This document shows, in pieces, positions 57,213 to 64,000 of a stretch of DNA of 64,000 nucleotides. Source of the stretch: Solirubrobacteraceae bacterium (GTDB lineage Bacteria > Actinomycetota > Thermoleophilia > Solirubrobacterales > Solirubrobacteraceae); NCBI GenBank assembly GCA_036490975.1, contig DASXCS010000001.1, positions 63,225 to 127,224 of the forward strand, given 5' to 3'. Under the pieces are notes generated by a model that was given only the letters and a program-made list of their open reading frames with translations, had not been told where the DNA came from and ran no database searches. Position 1 is the stretch's first letter. Each line of letters begins with the position of its first letter. The position numbers were made by a program, and so were the translations under genes.

Positions 57213-58853
57213 TTGGCGCACTGGCGGGGCGAGCGCGCGCCTAACATCCCCGCGGTGAGCGTCGGAAGTCTCAGCCCGCCGGCGGCCCGGGCCCGTGCCG
57301 CGATCTTTTCAGGCCGCGCCGTCCGCGCGCTGGTCTCAGATCGCCGCCTCCAGGCCCTGGGCGGACTCGTCGTCGTGGCCGCGATCCTGCGCTTCTATCG
57401 GCTCGGCCACCAGGGGTTCTGGTTCGACGAGGGCAACACGGCCCAGGAGGTCAGCTTCACCGTCGGCCAGATGCTCACGCTGCTCAAGCATTACGAGTCG
57501 ACCCCACCGCTGTACTACGGGATCGCCTGGGTGTGGTCGCGGGTGTTCGGCGACACCGAGCTCGGACTGCGCTCGCTTTCGGCGCTCGTGGGGGTTCTGG
57601 CCGTCCCGATGGCCTTCACCGCCGCGTCCAAACTCGTCTCTCGCCGGACGGGCCTGGTCGCCGCGGCGCTGGTCGCCTTCAACCCGTACCTGATCTGGTA
57701 CTCGCAGGAGGCACGAGCCTATTCGCTGGCCGTGCTGCTGACCGGGGCTGGGCTGTGGGCGTTTGCCTGCGTCCGGGCGCAGCCGACCGGCCGGAGCCTG
57801 GCCGCCTGGACGATCATCTCGGCCCTGGCGCTGGCCACCGAGTACTACTCGTTCCTGGTCATCCTCCCAGAGGCCCTGTGGCTGCTCTACCTGCATCGCC
57901 GGCGCCGGGGCCTGTGGGTCAGCCTGGGAGCGCTCGCCGTCTGTGCCGCGCCGCTTCTGTGGTTTGCCATCAGCCAGAACGCCACCGGCCACGCGAGCTG
58001 GATCGGGCCGATCCCGCTGGGTCCCCGGGTGGGCCAGATCTTCCCGCAGTTCCTGGTGGGCTACGGCTCACCCGCCTACGCCGTGCTCACCCGCGTCGCC
58101 GAGGGGGCCGCACTGATTGGCGTCGTGCTGTTGTTCACGCGCGCGGACCGAGTCGCACGCTCTGGGGCGGCCCTGGCCGGCGGGATCGCAGTGGCCGGCC
58201 TGGTCCTCTGTCTGCTGCTTGTCGCCGGGGGGATCGACGACCTGATCAGCCGCAACGTGATCACATTGTGGATGCCCGCGGCGATGGCCGTGGCCGGCGG
58301 ACTGGCCGCCACGCGCCCGCGCCACGTGGGGTTGGCGGCCGCGGCGGTGCTGTGCGGGATCGGGGTCGCAGCGGCCGGGGCCGTGGCCTTTGACCGGAGC
58401 CTGCAGCGTCCCGACTGGCGCAGGCTGGCCACGCTCCTTGGTCCGCCGCCGCCCGGAGGGCGAGCGATCCTGCTCCAGCAATACCGAACATTGCTGCCGC
58501 TATCGCTCTACATGCCCGACCTGAAATTTCTCGGGTCCGGTCACGGAAGGGTGCCTCAGGCCACGATCAGGGAGTTCGACGTGGTGGCCATGCGGGCGCC
58601 GCGGGTGAATTACTGCTGGTGGGGCGCGACCTGCAATCTGGATCCCACGAGGCTTGACGGCGGCTATCCGATCTCCGGGCTGGGGGTCGTGTGGCGCCGG
58701 ACCATCTATCCGTTCACGGTCGAGCGGCTGGTCCCGCTCAGCGGAGCCATCACGTTCACGGCCGCCGAGGCCAGGACGCGCTTCAACGCGAACTACGTTC
58801 AGGCGAACCTGGCCGCTCGGAAGAAGGCGAACGCGCTCCTGATCCAGCCCTAG
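57213..58853 (+). CDS. GT-C fold membrane glycosyltransferase, family 39 / PMT_2-like (second copy); start uncertain
   Basis: ...RFYRLGHQGFWFDEGNT...(DE loop)...AFNPYLIWYSQEARAYS..., polytopic with a soluble C-terminal domain. The start is TTG 57213 or GTG 57255. The last 71 nt overlap the rluB 3' end. Confidence 0.75.
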   Translation: MAHWRGERAPNIPAVSVGSLSPPAARARAAIFSGRAVRALVSDRRLQALGGLVVVAAILRFYRLGHQGFWFDEGNTAQEVSFTVGQMLTLLKHYESTPPLYYGIAWVWSRVFGDTELGLRSLSALVGVLAVPMAFTAASKLVSRRTGLVAAALVAFNPYLIWYSQEARAYSLAVLLTGAGLWAFACVRAQPTGRSLAAWTIISALALATEYYSFLVILPEALWLLYLHRRRRGLWVSLGALAVCAAPLLWFAISQNATGHASWIGPIPLGPRVGQIFPQFLVGYGSPAYAVLTRVAEGAALIGVVLLFTRADRVARSGAALAGGIAVAGLVLCLLLVAGGIDDLISRNVITLWMPAAMAVAGGLAATRPRHVGLAAAAVLCGIGVAAAGAVAFDRSLQRPDWRRLATLLGPPPPGGRAILLQQYRTLLPLSLYMPDLKFLGSGHGRVPQATIREFDVVAMRAPRVNYCWWGATCNLDPTRLDGGYPISGLGVVWRRTIYPFTVERLVPLSGAITFTAAEARTRFNANYVQANLAARKKANALLIQP

Positions 58854-59535
58854 CCAGGGCTTGCAGCTCGGGGTCAGACAGCAGCCGCCAGCGGCCCGGA
58901 GGAAGGCGCCCCAGCGTGAGCGGGCCGAGCTTGATCCGCTCCAGCGACCGAACTGGATGGCCCACGGCGTCGCACATCCGCTTGACCTGACGCTTGCGGC
59001 CCTCGCGGATCGTGAGCTCGATCGTGTCCGGCTTGATGAGGCGGGCCTGGGCCGGGGCCGTGAGCCCATCCTCCAGGCGGATGCCCTGGCGCAGCGACCG
59101 CAGCGCGGAGGCGCGTACCGGCGGCCTGCCCACCACGGCCCGATATGTCTTGGGAACCTGAAAGCTCGGGTGGGTCAGACGATGGGCCAGCGGGCCGTCG
59201 TTGGTGAGCAGGATCAGCCCGGTGGCATCGGCATCCAGCCGGCCCACGGGGTACAGCCGCGTGTCCGCCGGTACCAGCGACACGACCGTCGGGCGTTTTT
59301 GCGGGTCCCGCGCCGTCGACACGACGCCGGCCGGCTTGTTGACCATGTAGACGACGCGGTGGGTGGTCGGCTGGAGCGGCTGCCCATCGACCGTCACCTC
59401 GGTGTGCTCATCCACGTCGCGAGCAGGATCGGTGACCGTCTGGCCCTGAACCGTCACCCGACCCTGACGGATGATCTCCTCCGAAGCCCGGCGAGAGGCC
59501 ACGCCGGCGGTGGCCAGGAACTTGCCCAGGCGCAT
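58783..59535 (-). CDS. rluB: pseudouridine synthase, RsuA/RluB family
   Basis: From ATG 59535: MRLGKFLATAGVASRRASEEII (S4 domain), ...YPVGRLDADATGLILLTNDG, ...KTYRAVV. Confidence 0.88.
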   Translation of the reverse strand: MRLGKFLATAGVASRRASEEIIRQGRVTVQGQTVTDPARDVDEHTEVTVDGQPLQPTTHRVVYMVNKPAGVVSTARDPQKRPTVVSLVPADTRLYPVGRLDADATGLILLTNDGPLAHRLTHPSFQVPKTYRAVVGRPPVRASALRSLRQGIRLEDGLTAPAQARLIKPDTIELTIREGRKRQVKRMCDAVGHPVRSLERIKLGPLTLGRLPPGRWRLLSDPELQALARAGSGARSPSSERPGSPERSSR

Positions 59536-59592
59536 GAGGCGAGGATATGGCGGCGCGGGCCGCCAAGCGTCCGCCCTCCTACCCTCTGCTCC

Positions 59593-60606
59593 GTGGATCT
59601 CGAACTGCTTCAGAGCACGCTGCAGCGGCTGGGCCAGCCTGCCTTCCGGGCGGGCCAGATCTGGCGCTGGGCCGCCCAGGGCGCGCCGGCGTTCGAGGAG
59701 ATGACCAATGTGCCGCTGGCTCTGCGCCACCGGTTGGCCGATGAGGTTCCGTTTTCAACCCTGGCGCTCGAGCACGAGGCCCGGGCCAGGGACGGAACGG
59801 TCAAGGCGCTTTTCCGGACGGCCGATGGCCGCCCGGTGGAGGCCGTGCTGATGCGCTACCGCGACGGCCGGCGCTCGCTATGCCTGTCCTCCCAGTCGGG
59901 ATGCCCGTTGACCTGCACGTTCTGCGCCACCGGGCAGATGCGCTTTGGCCGCAATCTGACGGCCTCGGAGATAATCGACCAGGCACTCCACTTCCGGCGC
60001 ATGACCGGGGTTGACAACGCCGTGTTCATGGGCATGGGCGAACCGATGATGAATCTGGACGGAGTGCTGGAGGCGTGCGAGCGCTTGCCCGACGTGGGCA
60101 TCACCTGGCGCCGGACGGCCATCTCAACCGTGGGCTGGGTCCCTGGGATCGAGCGGCTGACCGCCCAGGACCGGCCCCTGCGGCTGGCCCTGTCGCTCCA
60201 CGCCGCCGAACCGGGGCTGCGCTCAAAGCTGATGCCGGTCAACGACCGCTACCCGCTGGCTCAGGTGCTCGCCGCCTGCCGGTCGTATTACGAGCGCCGG
60301 CACCGGCGCGTGTTCGTGGAGTACGTGATGCTGGCCGGCGTCAACGACTCCGTCGGCCAGGCCCATCAGCTGGCCGAGGTGCTGGATCCGAAGATCTACA
60401 AGGTCAACCTGATCCCCTTCAATCCGACCGGCTCTGAGTTCAACGGCTCGTCGCCCAGGGCGATCGAGGCCTTCAAGCAGACCCTTGAAGGCCGCGGCGT
60501 ACCCGCCACCGTCCGGCTCACCCGGGGGCGGGAGATCGACGCCGCGTGCGGACAGCTGGCGGCACGTGCGGCGGCAGGACAGCCGGCCGCTGTGGCGGGC
60601 CCCTGA
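59593..60606 (+). CDS. rlmN: 23S rRNA/tRNA (adenine-C2)-methyltransferase RlmN (radical SAM)
   Basis: GTG 59593 gives VDLELLQSTLQRLGQPAFRAGQIWRW..., ...SSQSGCPLTCTFCATG..., ...MGMGEP... The ORF-track extension to 58861 is antisense to rluB. Confidence 0.92.
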   Translation: MDLELLQSTLQRLGQPAFRAGQIWRWAAQGAPAFEEMTNVPLALRHRLADEVPFSTLALEHEARARDGTVKALFRTADGRPVEAVLMRYRDGRRSLCLSSQSGCPLTCTFCATGQMRFGRNLTASEIIDQALHFRRMTGVDNAVFMGMGEPMMNLDGVLEACERLPDVGITWRRTAISTVGWVPGIERLTAQDRPLRLALSLHAAEPGLRSKLMPVNDRYPLAQVLAACRSYYERRHRRVFVEYVMLAGVNDSVGQAHQLAEVLDPKIYKVNLIPFNPTGSEFNGSSPRAIEAFKQTLEGRGVPATVRLTRGREIDAACGQLAARAAAGQPAAVAGP

Positions 60607-60616
60607 CGCCAGCGGC

Positions 60617-62416
60617 TCAAGTTACTGCGGCGGGTGTTCGAGCTGAAGATCGCTGCTTCGGGGCTCGGGAGCCGGCGCCCCTGGGGCCGATGCGCGGTGC
60701 CAACCGTTCGGCGGCCCGCCAGGCCAGGGCCTGGATCGTGAGGGTGGGGTTGTAACCACCCGCGGTCGGGAGCACCGATCCGTCGATCACGTACAGGTTG
60801 GGGATCCCGTGGAAGCGCTGGTCGCCGTTGACCACGCTCGTGTCCGGATCGTCACCCATCCGCATCGTGCCCATCTGGTGATTGACCAGGCCGGCGATGG
60901 GGTCCGGCGCCGACCGCCCCGGGCCGCGCTGTCCCGAGCCGCCCGGGCCGGGCTCGGGAATCGAGGTGGTGGCGCCTACCGGGACCACGGACTGGGTCGA
61001 CTCGGCTCCCATCTCGGTCAGGATCTGAGACAGACGGGGGGCCACGTCTGCCTCCACCTGGTAGTCGTTGGGATGGTGCTGGTAGGTGATCCGGGAGACG
61101 GGAAACCCGTACGCGTCGCGCACCGTGGGGTCCAGATCGACCATGTTGGTGGGGACCGGCGGGTCCTGGCCAACCATCGTCAGCCACTGCACATGCCCGA
61201 ACGTCGCCCCCATTGCGGTCTTGTGGTTGGCCCCCCAGCCAGCGAACTTGGCCGTGGAGATCATTCCGCCGGCCCCGAATGGGTATCCGGAGGAGGGCCC
61301 GACGGTCTGCAGGTTGCCGTAGCCGAAGGCCGGCGCGCCCGCTTCGGGACCCAGGTACCAGTCATCCAGGCAGCGCATGCTCCAGTACCCGCGGTAATAG
61401 TCGATCCGATCGGAGAAGAACCCGATTCCGCCCGGATAGTGGTGGACCATCAGGTGCCGCCCGACGACGTCGAAGTTGACCAGGTGCTGCGGAAGCTCCG
61501 ACAGGAGCACGAGGCGCGGGGTGTCGACCGTGGAGCAGGCCAGGACGATCACCTTGCCGCGGACAGAGCGGCGGCGGCCACGGGAGTCGATGTATTCCAC
61601 CGACTCGGCCCGGCCGCGCCGGTCCACGGCCACCCGGTAGACGTAGGAGTCGGGCCGGATCTCCAGCCGCCCGGTGGCCAGCGCCCTGCGCAGCGCGGTG
61701 ACCCGCATGTCGTTTTTGGCCTCGATCGGGCAGCCGTGGCTTGAGCAGAAGCCGCAGTATGAGCAACCCGCTCGGCCGTCACGACCGAGGTTGTTGATGG
61801 CCACCGGCGTCGGGAAAGGATGGAGGCCCAGGCGCGCGGCGGCGTCCTCGAAGAGCTTGGCGCCGTAGTTGGGCGGGTGGCCGGGCATCGGGTAGGACTC
61901 CGAGCGCCATTCGGCGCCGGGCACCGGTGCCCCCGGATGCCGGTCTCCGCGTAATTGGCCGCCGGCCACGCCGATCAGGTTCTCGACCTGGCCGTAGTAG
62001 GGCCTCAGGTCCTCGTAGGACAGCGGCCAGTTCACGATCTCGGCCCCGGGCAGCGGTCCCCAATAGGACCGAGCGTTGAAGTCCGCAGGGCGGAAGCGAA
62101 ACGACACGGCGCCGTAGTGGACCGTGCCGCCGCCGACACACCGACTGATGCCCAGGACGCGGCCCACAACCTGGTGGTCGCCGTCCTCCGGCGAGTTGCG
62201 AAAGGTCCGCGGCTCGATCAGAGGGTCTTCCTCAATGAAGTTCCGATCGCCGAACCGCAGCTCGTCGTCGCCGTAGTTCTCCGGGTGGAGCCACGGCCCC
62301 TTCTCCAGGACACAGACCCGCGCTCCGGCCTTGGTCAGCACGTGGGACGCGATCCCCCCTCCCGCCCCGGAGCCGACGATCACGACGTCGAACTCCTGTT
62401 GGCGGTGGGCGATCAA
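60617..62416 (-). CDS. GMC family FAD-dependent oxidoreductase (gluconate 2-dehydrogenase flavoprotein-like large subunit)
   Basis: FDVVIVGSGAGGG (FAD GxGxxG), the Cys cluster CSYCGFCSSHGCP, and C-terminal ...NHQMGTMRMG...NLYVIDGSVLPT. The preferred start is TTG 62416 (TTGA overlap with the upstream stop, GGAGGAG 8 nt upstream). The ORF-track start is 62470. Confidence 0.88.
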   Translation of the reverse strand: MIAHRQQEFDVVIVGSGAGGGIASHVLTKAGARVCVLEKGPWLHPENYGDDELRFGDRNFIEEDPLIEPRTFRNSPEDGDHQVVGRVLGISRCVGGGTVHYGAVSFRFRPADFNARSYWGPLPGAEIVNWPLSYEDLRPYYGQVENLIGVAGGQLRGDRHPGAPVPGAEWRSESYPMPGHPPNYGAKLFEDAAARLGLHPFPTPVAINNLGRDGRAGCSYCGFCSSHGCPIEAKNDMRVTALRRALATGRLEIRPDSYVYRVAVDRRGRAESVEYIDSRGRRRSVRGKVIVLACSTVDTPRLVLLSELPQHLVNFDVVGRHLMVHHYPGGIGFFSDRIDYYRGYWSMRCLDDWYLGPEAGAPAFGYGNLQTVGPSSGYPFGAGGMISTAKFAGWGANHKTAMGATFGHVQWLTMVGQDPPVPTNMVDLDPTVRDAYGFPVSRITYQHHPNDYQVEADVAPRLSQILTEMGAESTQSVVPVGATTSIPEPGPGGSGQRGPGRSAPDPIAGLVNHQMGTMRMGDDPDTSVVNGDQRFHGIPNLYVIDGSVLPTAGGYNPTLTIQALAWRAAERLAPRIGPRGAGSRAPKQRSSARTPAAVT

Positions 62417-63222
62417 CGGGAGCTCCTCCGCGGGGCGTAAGGGTTGACGGTCGAGGTGCTGTAGGCCCACCAGTCGACGCAGCCACCGTAGAACGAGTCC
62501 TGGTCACCGGGGCAGGCCGTGCCCGAGTTGAAGCCGCCCACATATCCGATGTCGTTGGCCTGCGCACGCGGGGCCTGGGTGGCTCCGGCCACATCCACGT
62601 CGAAGTACACGCCGCGGATCCGCCGGCCGGAGCGACTGACGTACCAGGGACCGGTGTAGTACGGGCCCTGGATCCTGGTGTGGATGAAGTTGAGCGTGTC
62701 GCCCGTGTAGCCGAAGGCCTGGTGCAGATCCAGGGCGCCGATGATCTGCTCCTGGGGCGACCCCTCGGGGGACAGAAGCTTGTCGTTGGTGAAGTTCTTG
62801 GTGTTGGGGCTGTGATCGATCGGATCCAACGTGTAGGTGGGGTTGAGCGACTCGAACCGATAGAAGACGTGACCGCGCGGGTAGTGGCGGCCGGGCGGGC
62901 TCTTCCGGGGGATCCCGGCAAAATCGATGAACAGCCTCCGGCAACCGGGGCACAGCAGGGGGGTACGGACATGAATCACGACCAGCCCCTTCGTCGTTCG
63001 GGAGAAACCCGAGTGCCGGCAGGCCGGGTTGGTTCCAGTCACCGTGGGGCCGATTCCCCCAGGCGTGTACTCGTCGGTCTTGGGCCGGACACAGAAGGTG
63101 TTCGCGGGCTGGTAGGCCTGCCAGGCCGCGGTCACGTCGCGCATCGGTCCCAGCGCGTCGTAGTGGAAGGCGCCCGAGGCCCCGGGGGCGAGCGCGAGCG
63201 CTGCGACGGCCGCCGCGATCAT
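62413..63222 (-). CDS. secreted Cys-containing protein of unknown family, embedded in the GMC operon
   Basis: From ATG 63222 (ATGA overlap with the upstream stop): MIAAAVAALALAPGASGA (Sec-type signal), then 250 aa with 6 Cys including LLCPGCRRL. No CxxCH motif and no family recognised. The ORF-track extension to 63585 overlaps the gamma-subunit gene. Confidence 0.6.
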   Translation of the reverse strand: MIAAAVAALALAPGASGAFHYDALGPMRDVTAAWQAYQPANTFCVRPKTDEYTPGGIGPTVTGTNPACRHSGFSRTTKGLVVIHVRTPLLCPGCRRLFIDFAGIPRKSPPGRHYPRGHVFYRFESLNPTYTLDPIDHSPNTKNFTNDKLLSPEGSPQEQIIGALDLHQAFGYTGDTLNFIHTRIQGPYYTGPWYVSRSGRRIRGVYFDVDVAGATQAPRAQANDIGYVGGFNSGTACPGDQDSFYGGCVDWWAYSTSTVNPYAPRRSSR

Positions 63223-63920
63223 CGGCTCGACCTCTCCTGTCCCGGCGCGATCATCTCCTCGGGGGCGTAGCCGCCGTGCACGTTCCACGGAGCTCCGGCT
63301 GGCCCCACATGGGGGAAGCGGACACCGTGCACGTCGCCGGCGTAACCGAACGCCCTCCAGGCCCGGTAGCTGCGATTGCCGCCGTAGACGGGGTGGGAGT
63401 ACACCCCCTCGAGGGTGTGGTTGTAGAGCGCATCGAAGAACGGGCTGGCGCCGTAGTCCAGTCGCGTAAGGATCGTGTCCTGGGCGGCAGCCGGGATCGT
63501 CGCGAAGTTCCCGCCCGCCATCTGGTCGAGCTCCGCCAGACCCGCCGCGTACAGCTCGCGGAGCCGTCGCACCTCTCGCGTCCATCCGATTCGCTTGACG
63601 CGGGACAGGCGCTGGAAGCGGCCAAAGCGCGACCGGTGGGGGCCGCCGGCGTAGATCCGCTCCACGCCCGCCAGCAGGGTGAGGATGTAGTTGTCCGCAC
63701 CCACATCGGCAGCCGACCAGTCACCCGGGCCGGAGGCGGGCACGATCCGGGCCACGGCGGCGCGGAGCGTCCCCCGCTGGGCGGGGCTGAGTCCGGAGCG
63801 CCCGGAGGCGGCCGCCCGGGCCAGCGCGGGTGGCATGGCCACGACGAGCGCGCCGGCGGCCCCGGCCCGCCCTGCCTGACCCAGCGCCTGACGGCGGGTG
63901 ATCCGGGTTGGTCCCATCAC
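63219..63920 (-). CDS. gluconate 2-dehydrogenase subunit 3 (gamma)-like small subunit with TAT signal
   Basis: MMGPTRITRRQALGQAGRAGAAGALVVA (twin-arginine motif), and ...LYNHTLEGVYSHPVYGGNRSYRAWRAFGY..., reminiscent of the small subunit family. The start is GTG 63920 or ATG 63917. Confidence 0.75.
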   Translation of the reverse strand: MMGPTRITRRQALGQAGRAGAAGALVVAMPPALARAAASGRSGLSPAQRGTLRAAVARIVPASGPGDWSAADVGADNYILTLLAGVERIYAGGPHRSRFGRFQRLSRVKRIGWTREVRRLRELYAAGLAELDQMAGGNFATIPAAAQDTILTRLDYGASPFFDALYNHTLEGVYSHPVYGGNRSYRAWRAFGYAGDVHGVRFPHVGPAGAPWNVHGGYAPEEMIAPGQERSSR

Positions 63921-63958
63921 CCACCCAACGCGCGCGGTGGATCAATCTGTCGTCGGCG

Positions 63959-63978
63959 GGAGGCCGCCGCCGGCCTCC
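63959..63978 (-). other. 8-bp GC hairpin upstream of the GMC operon (possible terminator of a gene beyond the window)
   Basis: ggaggccg-ccgc-cggcctcc read directly. No U-tract. Confidence 0.3.
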
Positions 63979-64000
63979 TAACCGGCCGTGGCAGCTCCCG

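Noticed and set aside
63917-64000. Minus-strand frame open from the right window edge to a TGA that overlaps the gamma-subunit ATG (a TGATG junction), suggesting a fourth upstream cistron.
   Set aside because: The translation (RELPRPVRRPAAASRRRQIDPPRALGG) looks non-coding, and a stable hairpin (63959-63978) sits inside it. It cannot be resolved without sequence beyond 64000.
1-64000. Searched by eye for CRISPR arrays, tRNA/rRNA genes, IS elements, integrases, toxin-antitoxin pairs and known defence genes.
   Set aside because: I saw no direct-repeat/spacer arrays and no spacer long enough with tRNA-like features. I saw no transposase or integrase motifs. All large ORFs are accounted for by housekeeping or envelope functions. 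A covariance-model scan (tRNAscan, Rfam) would be needed to exclude small RNAs formally.

Overview
High-GC (roughly 70% by eye) bacterial chromosome segment that is almost entirely core housekeeping genes. About 54 of 64 genes lie on the minus strand, many joined by 1-nt or 4-nt start/stop overlaps (ATGA, GTGA, TGATG, TTGA). The gene order mirrors the Bacillus ylo/ylq region, which suggests a Gram-positive-type lineage, plausibly deep-branching Actinomycetota (inference only). Read along the minus strand: priA-def-fmt-rsmB-rpe ... rpmB-yloV-recG ... plsX-acpP-rnc-smc-ftsY-ffh-rpsP-KH-rimM-trmD-rplS-lepB-rnhB. Also present are a rib operon (ribD-E-BA-H), an aromatic amino acid block (aroH-hisC-aroG-tyrA-aroA-cmk), der, metK, comM, dprA, thiD, ilvD and a partial L,D-transpeptidase missing from the ORF track. 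I found no rRNA, tRNA, CRISPR array, transposase, integrase or recognisable defence island. Non-core content consists of: (1) a TAT/Sec-exported GMC flavoprotein operon where an unclassifiable Cys-containing secreted protein sits in the place a cytochrome c would normally fill; (2) a MoaD/ThiS-like small protein ending in GG-Arg, coupled to an unknown membrane-anchored protein; (3) three GT-C membrane glycosyltransferases, one in a divergent GT2/methyltransferase/flippase-like cluster; (4) a TAT-signal arylsulfotransferase-like protein between def and priA; (5) a double zinc-ribbon mini-protein; (6) acidic low-complexity extensions on L19 and peptide deformylase. All functional calls come from motif recognition by eye, no database search was run, and start codons are often uncertain because spurious upstream extensions are common at this GC content.
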